Below the pieces are notes generated by a model, which was not told where the DNA came from, ran no database searches, and saw only the letters and a program-made list of their open reading frames with translations. Positions 44,301 through 55,125 of a stretch of 64,000 bases of DNA are shown here, piece by piece. The translations under genes were made by a program, and so were the position numbers. Within the stretch, counting starts at the first letter, position 1, and every line of letters starts with the position of its first letter. Source of the stretch: Sphyrna mokarran. Lineage: Eukaryota. The stretch covers positions 89,590,001 through 89,654,000 of the forward strand of contig JAGIQG010000009.1 in the NCBI GenBank assembly GCA_024679065.1, in the 5' to 3' direction.

Positions 44301-44546
44301 TAACATTGTATTCTGCACTCTCTTCTTTCCTTCCTTATGTATAGTATACCTTGTCTGTGTAGTCCAAGAAACAATACTTTTCACTGTATGCTATTATATG
44401 ATAATAATAATTCAAATCAGTTCAGAAATCATTACTCGCTGAAGGGTTAATACCCCAGTGCACAGACGCTATGACTCCCTCTGACTCCATTACTCACCTG
44501 CTGTGACCCCTCCACAAAAAAGGAGCAGCGTTAACAGTCCAATCAT
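35126..44546 (-). CDS. MHC class I heavy chain gene, 7 exons, about 350 aa (U-type; lineage not determined)
   Basis: join(44546-44498, 43529-43269, 39831-39559, 39221-38949, 35846-35721, 35546-35511, 35160-35126) = 1053 nt; all introns GT-AG phase 1; open frame through leader, a1, a2, a3, TM and two cytoplasmic exons. Confidence 0.93.
35241..35305. repeat. (CT)n-(CA)n compound microsatellite in MHC intron 6
   Basis: Direct reading. Confidence 0.95.
35511..35546 (-). CDS. MHC class I exon 6, cytoplasmic (GVEKKIAYSSAN)
   Basis: 36-nt phase-1 exon, pyrimidine-rich acceptor and GTAAGT donor; contains a Tyr as in class I exon 6. Confidence 0.7.
35721..35846 (-). CDS. MHC class I exon 5, connecting peptide and TM
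   Basis: DGKFRV..VGIIVAVVAVITIVICAIVWKRA; AG/GT flanks. Confidence 0.88.
35985..36520 (-). mobile_element. Degenerate CR1 RT fragment
   Basis: ORF 36000-36392: QHGIVKEGTSLTRLL..FEEVT..VDKGEPMDVLHLDFQKEFNKVPHQRLL. Confidence 0.75.
38039..38562 (+). mobile_element. 5'-truncated RTE-clade LINE in MHC intron 4
   Basis: WQDKVPDIEVLSRASLPSVHT..RAQTRWASHVICMSDERKPKQFLFGEL..HGGQKKHFKD; imperfect TSD aaaggag(a/g)aggtt at 38026-38038 and 38563-38575. Confidence 0.8.
38949..39221 (-). CDS. MHC class I exon 4, alpha3 (Ig C1)
   Basis: LCLVSGFYPPDIEV..GVLPNHDRTYQL..YSCQYEQ..RDW. Confidence 0.93.
39559..39831 (-). CDS. MHC class I exon 3, alpha2
   Basis: GIHTVQVTHGCEL..WDGNDYISFD..ITKNKWD..AYLEATCIEWLKKYL; T143, K146, W147, Y159, W167, Y171 and both Cys present. 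Confidence 0.95.
41432..41722 (+). mobile_element. HE1-type SINE nested in a CR1 remnant
   Basis: ggcatggtggcacagtgattagcactgctgcctcac head; gtttcctccaggtgctc core; acaataataaac end. Confidence 0.75.
43269..43529 (-). CDS. MHC class I exon 2, alpha1
   Basis: VSHTLRYFYTAM..PEFVAVGYVD..YDSD..EYWEQQT..LNRTNQSG; Y7, Y59, R84 and N86 glycan site present. Confidence 0.95.
43900..44410 (+). mobile_element. Rex1/Babar-like LINE 3' fragment in MHC intron 1
   Basis: agcattattcctggttgtatcacagcttggtatg..; ctcaagaacagcttctttcctgctgccatcagacttttgaat; ends ataataataa. Confidence 0.55.
44498..44546 (-). CDS. MHC class I exon 1, leader MIGLLTLLLFCGGVTA
   Basis: Hydrophobic signal peptide; donor GTGAGT. Confidence 0.9.
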
Positions 44547-44687
44547 TTTTACTTCCTTGAACAGTTTGTGAGGAATCCTTATGGCTCTGCGTTGTGCCCA
44601 GTTCAGACTAGATAATTCCTTTGAGCTGTGCCCTGTCTAATGGTAGTCTAACAGGTACACAAACAGCTTTAAGAACTGCTCCACAGA

Positions 44688-44710
44688 TTAGGTCAACAGT
44701 TACAGGAAAC
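44688..44710 (-). promoter_or_regulatory. Putative X1/X2-box-like element of the class I promoter
   Basis: Minus strand GTTTCCTGTAAC (RFX-like) followed by TGACCTAA (CRE-like), ~150 bp upstream of the ATG. Confidence 0.35.
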
Positions 44711-44837
44711 CACAAAGATTATCAGCAGCAACTCCAGTGTGCTCAGCCTAAATGTAAACAAGTTGATGAATGGTGCAGAGATTAATGGTGCAGGAAGGTT
44801 TGAAAACTCAATTGACTGGGATGTTCCAATTGATTAG

Positions 44838-45094
44838 TAAGAGGTCTGACAATACCAATTTTAAGTCCAACTGATTTATTTGATAGTAAACTTGCAAGCT
44901 TTCGGCCTTTGTAGCCTTCGTCAGGCGAATGAGGTGTTCTGGTCTGCCAGAACACCTCATTCGCCTGACGAAGGCTACAAAGACCGAAAGCTTGCAAGTT
45001 TACTGTCAAATAAATCGGTTGGATTTAAAATTGGTGTTGTCAGACCTCTTACTGAGTTTACCTCAGTCCAACGCCAGTATCTCTACATCATGAC
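44838..45094. mobile_element. Penelope-like hairpin mini-element with two hammerhead motifs (44890-44930 minus; 44959-44999 plus)
   Basis: About 105-bp inverted arms around tctg, then the tail ...ctctacatcatgac; flanked by TCCAATTGATTAG at 44825-44837 and 45095-45107. Confidence 0.9.
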
Positions 45095-46561
45095 TCCAAT
45101 TGATTAGTAGTCATGATATACAGATGCCGGCGTTGGATTGGGGTGGTAAGAACTCAGTAAGAATTTAGCAACACCAATTTATAATCCAACCGATTTATTT
45201 GATAGTAAAAACGCGAGCTTTCAACACTCTGTGTCTTCCTCAGGCAAATGCAGTGTTCTGGTCTGCAATAGCACACATCAGCACAGACAGTCAGAGATTG
45301 CTGATTAGAATGCGAATCCTTACATCTAACCTGCTATTGAAGTGTTAAAGTGGCGAACAATGTGTGTGAAGGGAATCCTGAGCATTGTTGGAGAATTGTG
45401 TGTTTTCTCCAGACAGCACAGTAAGTGAGGTTTTTTGCTAACCCAGGCAAGTTACGGGGGTTACAGATAGTGTGTCATGAAGCCAAGATCCCTGTTAAGA
45501 GCGTCCTCATGTGTGCGGAGCTTGGCTATCAGTCTCTGCTCAGCGACTCTGCGCTGTCGTGTATCACGAAAGCCCCCTTGAAGAACATTTACCCGCAGGT
45601 CGGAGGCCGAATGCCCATGACTGCTGAAGTGTTCGCCCACAGGAAGGGAACTGTTTTGCCTGGTGATTGCTGAGCGATGCTCATTCATCCGCTGTCGTAG
45701 TGTCTGCATGGTCTCCCCAATATACCATGCTTCGGGACATCCTTTCTTGCAACGTATTAGGTAGACAACGTTGGCCGAGTTGCAAGTGTATGTACCGTGT
45801 ACCTGGTGAATGGTATCCTCACGTTTGATGATGTCGTCCATGTCTATGATCCGGCATGTCTTGCAGAGGTTGCTGTGGCAGGGTTGTGTGGTATTGTGGT
45901 CACTGTTCTCCTGAAGGTTGGGTAGTTTGCTGCGAACAATGATCTGTTTGAGGTTGTGCGGTTGTCTGAAAGCAAGAAGTGGGGGGGTGGGGATGGCCCT
46001 AGCGAGATGTTCATCGTCATCAATGATATGTTGAAGATTCCGGAGAAGATGTCGTAGCTTCTCCGCTCCGGGGAAGTACTGGACAACAAAGGGTACTCTG
46101 TCCACCGTGTCCCGTGTTCGTCTTCTGAGGAGGTCAGTGCGGTTTATCGTTGTGGCACGTCGGAACTGTCGATCGATGAGTCGAGCGCCATATCCTGTTC
46201 TCACGAGGGCATCCTTCAGCGTCTGGAGGTGTCTGTCACGATCCTCCTCATCTGAGCAAATTCTGTGTATGCGGAGGGCTTGTCCATAGGGAATGGCTTC
46301 TTTAACGTGTCTAGGGTGGAAGCTGGAGAAGTGGAGCATTGTGAGGTTGTCTGTCGGTTTGCGGTACAGTGAGGTGCTGAGGTGACCGTCCTTGATGGAG
46401 ATGCGTGTTGCAGACCAGAACACTGCATTTGCCTGAGGGAGACACAGAATGTTGAAAGCTCGCGTTTTTACTATCAAATAAATCGGTTGGATTATAAATT
46501 GGTGTTGCTAAATTCTTACTGAGTTCTTACCACCCCAATCCAACGCCGGCATCTGTATATC

Positions 46562-49241
46562 ATGACTACTATCGACACCGCATACTGCCGGATCCAAGTG
46601 GAGAGGATCTCCAAGAGGATTGCACATATCGACACAGACATCAAGTTTCTACAGAGATGCAAGAAGGCAGACAGGATACCAAAGGGACTACAGATCACGA
46701 ACCCACTCAGGTCAACCTATAACACAGACTACGCTGAGAGGCTTTGCTGTCGCACCTCTCTCACACTCCTCAATCACCTCATACACCAGCTCTATAGCAA
46801 ACGCCACACCCTGGAAAGTAAAATGGAATACATATTCTCAACTTGCGCTCAGGACGCAGATCAGTTGTGAAACTTTGCCAAGCAGATGAGACAAAGAAAC
46901 TACACCATTTACATGCACACCAAGAACAGGAAACTTGAAAAACTTGGCATCGCCACCAGCAACAACCAAGCCTCCCTTGGCACCACAGTAGAAAACAACA
47001 CTACCGCAGGGAGGTCCATTGTTAACCTGTCGGACTACACACTTCAATCAGAGGAAATCGAAGTTCTCAGCCGAGGGCTCAATTTCTGTCCCACCACCAA
47101 AATGGACCCCATCAGTCTCGCAGCAGATACAGAGGAATTCATCAGGCGAATGAGGCTGCGTGAGTTCTTCCACAAACCCCAAGAGGCTAATAGTGGACTC
47201 AATGAGACAGCTAATGAACCAGAACAGCCGACAGAGGGATCCGCAGTGCAGCAACCGAAGAGGAATGAATCCAATTGGACTCCTCCGGAAGGCCGCTGCC
47301 CCCGACTGGACATGTATGCCCAAGCCATCAGGAGGTGCGTGAACACCAGATTTATCAACCGCACTTACAAGACAGTCCCGAACATCACCCAAGTACAAAG
47401 CAAGGCCATCCGTGCTCTCAAGACCAACCGCAACATTGTCATCAAACCAGCAGACAAAGGAGGCGCCACCGTCATACTGAACAGAACGGACTACTGTGAA
47501 GAAGTGTACCGACAACTAAACAATGAGAAACACTACAGACAGTTACCAGCAGATCCAACCAAAGAACACACTCGTCAACTCAACACTCTGATCAAAACCT
47601 TTGATCCGGACCTTCAGAACACCCTCCGGGCTCTCATTCCACGTACTCCCCGCATTGGAGATCTCTACTGCCTCCCAAAGATACACAAGGCAAACATACC
47701 CGGCCGTCCCATCGTATCGGGCAATGGGACCCTGTGTGAGAACCTCTCCGGCTATATCGAGGGCATCCTGAAACCCATCGTACAAAGAACCCCCAGCTTT
47801 TGTCTTGACACTACGGACTTCCTACAGAAACTCAGCACACATGGAGCAGTTGAACCAGGGACACTCCTTGTCACAATGGATGTCTCGGCGCTCTACACCA
47901 ACATCCCCCACGACGATGGTATTGCTGCAACTGCCTCAGTACTCAATGCCAACAACTGCCAGTTTCCGGATGCAATTTTACAACTCATCCGCTTCATCTT
48001 GGACCACAATGTCTTCACCTTCAACAATCAGCTTTTCATCCAGACACACGGAACAGCCATGGGGACCAAATTCGCACCTCAGTATGCCAACATCTTCATG
48101 CACAGGTTCGAACAAGACTTCTTCACCACACAAGATCTCCAACCAAGGTTATATACTAGATACATTGATGACATCTTTTTCCTTTGGACTCATGGTGAAC
48201 AATCATTGAAACAACTGTATGATGATATCAACAAGTTCCATCCCACCATCAGACTCACCATGGACTATTCTCCAGAATCAGTTGCATTCTTGGACACACG
48301 CATCTCCATCAAGGACGGTCACCTCAGCACCTCACTGTACCGCAAACCGACAGACAACCTCACAATGCTCCACTTCTCCAGCTTCCACCCTAGACACGTT
48401 AAAGAAGCCATTCCCTATGGACAAGCCCTCCGTATACACAGAATTTGCTCAGATGAGGAGGATCGTGACAGACACCTCCAGACGCTGAAGGATGCCCTCG
48501 TGAGAACAGGATATGGCGCTCGACTCATCGATCGACAGTTCCGACGTGCCACAACGATAAACCGCACTGACCTCCTCAGAAGACGACACGGGACACGGTG
48601 GACAGAGTACCCTTTGTTGTCCAGTACTCCCCGGAGCGGAGAAGCTACGACATCTTCTCCGGAATCTTCAACATATCATTGATGACGATGAACATCTCGC
48701 TAGGGCCATCCCCACCCCCCCACTTCTTGCTTTCAGACAACCGCACAACCTCAAACAGATCATTGTTTGCAGCAAACTACCCAACCTTCAGGAGAACAGT
48801 GACCACAATACCACACAACCCTGCCACAGCAACCTCTGCAAGACATGCCAGATCATAGACATGGACGACATCATCAAACGTGAGGATACCATTCACCAGG
48901 TACACGGTACATACTCTTGCAACTCGGCCAACGTTGTCTACCTAATACGTTGCAAGAAAGGATGTCCCGAAGCATGGTATATTGGGGAGACCATGCAGAC
49001 ACTACGACAGCGGATGAATGAGCATCGTTCAGCAATCACCAGGCAAAACAGTTCCCTTCCTGTGGGCGAACACTTCAGCAGTCATGGGCATTCGGCCTCC
49101 GACCTGCGGGTAAATGTTCTTCAAGGGGGCTTTCGTGATACACGACAGCGCAGAGTCGCTGAACAGAGACTGATAGCCAAGCTCCGCACACATGAGGACG
49201 GTCTTAACAGGGATCTTGGCTTCATGACACACTATCTGTAA
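46562..49241 (+). pseudogene. Penelope RT + GIY-YIG ORF (about 893 aa if repaired): one TGA and two 1-nt deletions
   Basis: IVIKPADKGG, LYCLPKIHK, GTAMGTKFAPQYANIFM, RYIDDIFF; Cys linker PCHSNLCKTC; NVVYLIRCKKGCPEAWYIGET; stop at 46868-46870; deletions near 48585 and 48628 relative to the in-frame inverted arm. Confidence 0.92.
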
Positions 49242-49453
49242 CCCCCGTAACTTGCCTGGGTTAGCAAAAAACCTCACTTACTGTGCTGTCTGGAGAAAAC
49301 ACACAATTCTCTAACAATGCTCAGGATTCCCTTCACACACATTGTTAGCCACTTTAACACTTGAATAGCAGGTTAGATGTAAGGATTCGCATTCTAATCA
49401 GCAATCTCTGACTGTCTGTGCTGATGTGTGCTATTGCAGACCAGAACACTGCA

Positions 49454-49492
49454 TTTGCCTGAGGAAGACACAGAGTGTTGAAAGCTCGCGTT
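49454..49492 (+). ncRNA. Hammerhead ribozyme motif in the 3' pLTR (copies at 45210-45248 minus and ~46428-46466 plus)
   Basis: UUUGC-CUGAGGA-A-GACAC(AGA)GUGUU-GAAA-GCU-C-GCG; stem I is short (3 bp); the 46.4-kb copy has CUGAGGG. Confidence 0.65.
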
Positions 49493-50317
49493 TTTACTAT
49501 CAAATAAATCGGTTGGATTATAAATTGGTGTTGCTAAATTCTTACTGAGTTCCAATTGATTAGAGCAGTGCTGATTATCTTAGGGATTGACAATGTCTCA
49601 GTACAAATACAAGCTGTGTGGGTAGGACGGGAGACACAGCTCCCATCTTTCACACTGGTAATTGTGAGGTGGGAATGGGATATGGTTGACAGGAGTGAAG
49701 GAGAGTGAGCACCTTCCATGACAGAGCAGAAATTGGAATCCTTATTCCTGGCTCAATTTGCTCTCAATCTGAAGGTGATGTTGGGAGTGAATTGTAAGTG
49801 TTGTTGTGTTGTAATGAAGTGCATGCTTTAAATTGACAATTCAACATAGCCATTGCTAAATTAGGGAATCATTGTTCAACTATATACACCAGTTCACTCT
49901 GATCATCAGGGAGGAACTGGGAGAGTTCTGGGAAATAAATCTGATGTCAGGATAGATGAGCTTTATTCACTTTCCCTCAGCATGCAGTTTTTGGAATTAA
50001 TATAGTTGTCCATCCACAAAGGATTGGGCTGGGGTACACATTGTGAGGGAAATGGGTGAATATGTTTGAGCTGCAGAGCCTCAGGAAAGTCAGTTCTCAG
50101 CTGTGGAAGGACCGAGACTGGAATAGTGTCAGTCTACAAGGATGCTGAGAGCTGAGATGGGATGAGGGAGAAGGGGAGGAGGATTAGAGTGTGAAGAAAG
50201 AGAAGTGGGGTATTGTTGTCTGGTATCTAACACAGAGGCCTGAAGCTTGTATAGTTAAATGGTTATTAGTAAACCATAATTATATAAATAGTTCTGAGGT
50301 ACAGTTCTCATTATGAA

Positions 50318-50660
50318 TGGCATAGTAGCACAGTAGTTAGTACTGTTGCCTCACAGCACCAGGGACCTGGGTTCAATTCCGGCCTTGGGTGACTGTCTGG
50401 GTAAAGTTTGCACATTCTCTCTATGATTGCATGGGTCTGGTGCTCCAGTTTTTCCCAGTCAAAAGATGCACAGGTTAGGTGGATTGGCCATGCTAAATTG
50501 CCCTTTAGTTTCCCAAGATGTGTAGGTTAGTTGATTTATCATGGTAACTATGCAGGGATAGGTCAGGGGAGAGGGGCTGGGTAAATTACTCTGTCAGAGA
50601 GTTGGTGCCAACTCAATGGGCTGAATGGCCTCTTCTGCATTGTAAGGGTGCTATGATTTG
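50318..50660 (+). mobile_element. HE1-type SINE
   Basis: ggcatagtagcacagtagttagtactgttgcctcacagcaccagggacctgggttcaattcc head. Confidence 0.8.
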
Positions 50661-51254
50661 GTGCTACCTTGTGCTGGTTCCTAGAAGACTTTACTGTTAT
50701 ATTCAGTCCACTATTATGTGAATCTGGACATCAGAAAATAGGTGGTACTACCTCTGTAGTCCCACATTAACCATTACTCTCCGAAATACCTTTGTACCAA
50801 TCTTCTCCTTCCAAGATTTTATCCAACTATATTTACAATATGCTCTTCATGCTTCCACCCTAAAGTCTCTGATTTTACAATTCAGATAATCTGGAAGCTT
50901 TATGACTTGTTCTTTTCACATTCAGAGTCGGTGTAGTCGCAGTTACTTCAGCCTGAGTTTGCATGTTTGGAGTTCCTATTGTAGTAGTTGTTGTTTCAGA
51001 TACTTGGGTCTCTACAAATGATTTAATTCTTATGCTTTTCTGTGTTCTATGTTTCCTTATCAACCATCATTTTCCTTGGTCAGATATCAACGGTTATCTT
51101 GTTCCTGCCAGAGGAAATATTCGTGACATTCATTCATTCATTGGACTCAGGTGTGGTCCTCCATAATCTTCCTGGAAGTTGATGATGCAAAAAATTATCA
51201 CAGAATCATAGAATACAGTGCAGGAGGCCTTGTTCACCCCTTCCCACGAGTTAT

Positions 51255-51659
51255 CCTCTCCCCCTTCCTCTCCTCTTCCCCTCCCCTTGTTCCCCCCTCT
51301 CCCGTCACTCTCTCGTTCCCCCTCTCCCATCACCCCCTTGTTCCCCCCCTCTCCCACCCCCCTTGTTCCCCCTTCTCCCCATCCCCCTCATTCCCCCCTT
51401 CCCACACCCCCTCGTTCCCCCTCTCCCGCACTCTCTTGTTCCCCCCTCTCCCCGCACTCTCTTGTTCCCCCTCTCCCCTTATCCCCTAGTTCCCCCCTCC
51501 CCTCACCCCCTTGTTCCCCTGTCCCCTCACCCCCTGTTCCCCCTGTCCCCTCACCCCCTCGTTCCCCTCTCTCCCCTCACCCCCTCATTCCCCTCTGTTC
51601 CCTCACCTGCTTGTTCCCCCCCTCCCCTTACTCACCCCCTCGTTTCCTCCTCTCCCCTC
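51255..51659. repeat. Polypyrimidine C-rich low-complexity tract (left part)
   Basis: Repeats of ccccttgttcccc / cccctctccc; continues at 62307-63390 on the other side of the ERV. Confidence 0.9.
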
Positions 51660-53530
51660 TGTTGGTGCAAGTGGGCAGACACGACTGCTATGGACTCAGA
51701 GTCAGGTTCAACAGTGGTACAGCTTTATTTTAATGTCGACGGAGGTGCAGTCAGGATATACAAACTGAACTCTCCCGAAAGCACTCTAAAGGCCTCCGCA
51801 ATGGGCTAAAGTTGTACTCAAACTTTGGTACATTGTATGATTCAAATGTTAATGTTATGTTTACAGTATTTAGAACATAGAACATAGAACATTACAGCGC
51901 AGAACAGGCCCTTCGGCCCTCGACCAATTAAGAAAAAGCAATGACCCTCTAACCTAAACCATTCCCTTTTCATCCATAAACCTATCCACGGACCTCTTAA
52001 ACGTCCCCAAACTTGGCGCATCTACAACTGCAGCAGGCAGGGCATTCCATACCCTTACCACCCTCTTGGTAAAGAACCTACCTCTGACATCCGTCCTATA
52101 ACTACCACCCCTTAATTTAAAGCTATGTCCCCTCGTGCTAGCTTTCTCCATCCTAGGAAAAAGGCTATCACTGTCCACCCTATCTAAACCTCTAATCATC
52201 TTATATGTTTCAATAAGGTCTCCTCTTAGCCGCCTTCTTTCTAACGAAAACAATCTCAAATCCCTCAGCCTCTCCTCATAAGACCTGCCTTCCATACCAG
52301 GCAACATCCTGGTAAACCTCCTCTGTACCCTCTCCAATGCCTCCACATCTTTCTTATAATGTGGGGACCAGAACTGCACACAATACTCCAAGTGCAGCCG
52401 CACTAGAGTTTTGTACAGTTGCAACATGACGTTGCGGCTCCGAAATTCAATCCCCCTACCAATAAAAGCTAAGACTCCGTATGCCTTCTTAACAACCTTA
52501 TCGACTTGATTGCCAACTTTCAGGGATCTATGCACACATACACCAAGATCCCTCTGTTCATCAACACTATTAAGAGTCCTACCATTAGCCCTATACTCTA
52601 CACATTTGTTATTCCTGCCAAAGTGCATTATCTCACACTTTTCCACATTAAACTCCATTTGTCACCTCTCGGCCCAGCTCTGCAACTTGTCCAAGTCTCT
52701 CTGCAAACTATAACACCCCTCTTCACTATCTACCACTCCTCCGACTTTGGTGTCATCCGCAAATTTACTAATCCATCCTTCTATGTCCTCATCCAGATCG
52801 TTTATAAAAATTACAAACAGCAGTGGCCCCAAAACAGATCCCTGAGGCACACCACTTTTAACTGAACTCCATGATAAATAGTTTCCATCAACCACCGCCC
52901 TCTGTCTTCTATCAGCTAGCCAATTCCTGATTCAATTAGCTAAATCACCCTCAATCCCATACATCTGCATTTTCTGCAGAAGCCTTCCATGGGGAACCTT
53001 ATACTATGCCTTACTAAAGTCCATATATACCACGTCAACTGCCTTACCCCCATCCACCTCTTTGGTCACTTTTTCGAAAAACTCCATTTGATTCTGACCA
53101 TTCTGTTTTGATGTTTTCAAGTGTCGTATCGATGTTTTAAATACGGTAATTGTTTCTGTCTGATGGGTTTATCAATGGTTTAGAATCTCTGGAGTTTCTT
53201 GAACAATGGGTGTTTGGCTGATCTCAGGAAGTTTGTGAGGCCAGGAAGGCTTCCTTAGTTATGTTAATCCTTAGGTGTCTCCACAGAGATTTACTTGATT
53301 AGGTCAGAGGTGCTGATTTGATTAGATGGGGGTTTACTTTTAATTTAGTTTCTGTTGGTGCCATCCTGTCCGGTTCCCTTTGTGTGTTAGCCCTTGTTTG
53401 CATTTCAAAAACATGTCTTTTGCCTTCTTGTCTGGATCTGTTGTGATCTTTAGTGGGGAGGTTCTGAGTGCAGCTTTAGTCTGCTTCCATATTGTGTACC
53501 CAATTTCAGAAGATTTGTTGTCCAATAACA
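51660..53530 (-). repeat. ERV 3' LTR (about 650 bp, interrupted by CR1)
   Basis: Collinear with 61673-62306; AATAAA on the minus strand at ~51724-51729; purine tract GACAGGCGGGAAC immediately upstream (53531-53543). Confidence 0.92.
51872..53085 (-). mobile_element. Young 5'-truncated CR1 inserted in the 3' LTR
   Basis: Highly similar to 339-1553; ORFs 51954-52658 and 52662-52895; attt flanks both sides. Confidence 0.95.
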
Positions 53531-55040
53531 GTTCCCGCCTGTCGGTCGGGAGCAGACTTGTTCTGCCTCCTCAGACTGATTTCTTTAACAAATTTTGTGT
53601 CCGGTGCTCCCTGTGTTTGCACACTGCAGTCGTGCAGTTTAGGGGAGGCTCGAGTTTTGTCAAATTAGGTATATGCAGGAGAAGTCCTCCTAATTTGCCC
53701 CACTTTGCCAATCATTCTGATTAGTTTCCTCCGTGTTTTAATTTTCTTGTGCTGGTGGTAAATTTAGCATGTCACTATTCCCCAAGATATTGCGAGTATG
53801 AGTTGGATGGTGACAGTATGTGTGAGATTGGCCGGATCCAGGGGTGAATGTCCACATTTAAGCCCCAGTCCCATACCCTCTATGTCCATATTTGGCTGTG
53901 TAGGGCTGACTCTGTGTCGTGCTCTAGGGTTTTAATGTGGATTTATAACTGGTAGTACAGCTGAACGGAGTGTCCCACTTTGAGATGGAGCTCTCTCAGT
54001 ACTTCTGCTAGGTGTGGGATGGGAGCCTGTTCTTGCTTTCAGTAATATTTGAGCTCATCTCTCAGTGGTCTGTGGATTAAGTGTCAGGGTTTGCCTCCTT
54101 CAAATGTTGGTGATGTGGATCTGGCCAATAGTGACTGGTCTGTGAGGGGTGAAGCAAAAGTTTGGGCTGGGGATTGGACATGCCAGTCCGTTGTATAACA
54201 AAGGATGTTTTTGCTGTGGCTACGCAATACCTGCCTCGTCCTCCATATCCTTTGTCTGGGCAAAGTGTGGGTCTGTCGGTATGATTTCTAGAGTATAGGG
54301 CTATGTTTGATTAAACCCACATTCAGCTGCCTCTCCTTGCCTCAGTGGGTGAGGGCAAATAGTTATCTCTCTCCTTTGTTTGCATCCTGAGAGGAAGGTA
54401 CTGAACATCATGCATGAATTGAAATGGCTATGACTTCAGTTAGGTGGTAGCGGACAGAGGTATTGCTCCTAACAACACCGATGTTCTCAATCTGGAAGAT
54501 AGGGAATGGTCCTGAACCTGGTGTGACCATTGGTATCAATTGGATCATCCCTACTCCCATGTCCTTGCTAACCTCGCAGTCGAGAATCACTGGATACATC
54601 TGGGTCATTTCTTTCAAGGTCTGAGTTTCCACCACCCCTTCTGATCTGCGAGTTGTGCCAGCTGGATGCTGTCAATCCAATCGGGCGCCTCCCTCCTGTG
54701 TACCTCGTCCAAATTAAGTTGGAAATGGGTTATCATCCACTGACCATACGCATGGCACAGCTGTCCCTGTTGTACCCGCGTTGTGTTCTCTCTCTCTCTA
54801 TCTATGAGGCAGTTAATGGTACAGGCGTGCGTTTCCAATATTGTGATCCCATCTAGTTGGATATGGGCGCCCCTCTCCCCTAAAAGAGCTCAGCCTGTTG
54901 ATCTAGTGACTGCTGCAGGATATCTTTCATCAGCCCCTTTAATTGTTTGATCTTATTATTGATGCTCTGTACGCCAATAGAGTTGAGCATGGTGGACCCG
55001 GTATTTATTCCTGTCAGGACGTCATTGACTATAGCCCTTT

Positions 55041-55044
<4 letters not shown>

Positions 55045-55077
<33 letters not shown>
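55045..55077. repeat. (TG)n microsatellite just before the env cleavage site
   Basis: Direct reading. Confidence 0.95.
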
Positions 55078-55078
<1 letters not shown>

Positions 55079-55125
55079 GCCTCTATAGTGTGTTGCTCCT
55101 ATCGCATCTATATCCCCTTTATGGT

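Larger units (their letters stand above)
45108..49550. mobile_element. Penelope-like element (Neptune-type): full-length plus-strand copy with an inverted 5'-truncated copy
   Basis: Minus arm 45150-46408 matches plus 48296-49552; pLTR copies at ~45150-45268, ~46409-46525 and ~49436-49552; TSD TCCAATTGATTAG at 45095-45107 and 49551-49563. Confidence 0.95.

Noticed and set aside
44838-45052. Long hairpins as miRNA precursors or DNA-transposon MITEs
   Set aside because: The arms are Penelope pLTR sequence with an asymmetric tail and 13-bp TSD
45461-46477. 338-aa ORF as an independent GIY-YIG nuclease gene
   Set aside because: It is the inverted 5'-truncated Penelope arm; its N-terminus comes from antisense pLTR sequence across the junction
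46868-46870. In-frame TGA in the Penelope ORF as selenocysteine or programmed readthrough
   Set aside because: Context QL*NFAK is not a Cys motif, CGA>TGA decay explains it simply, and no SECIS was recognised
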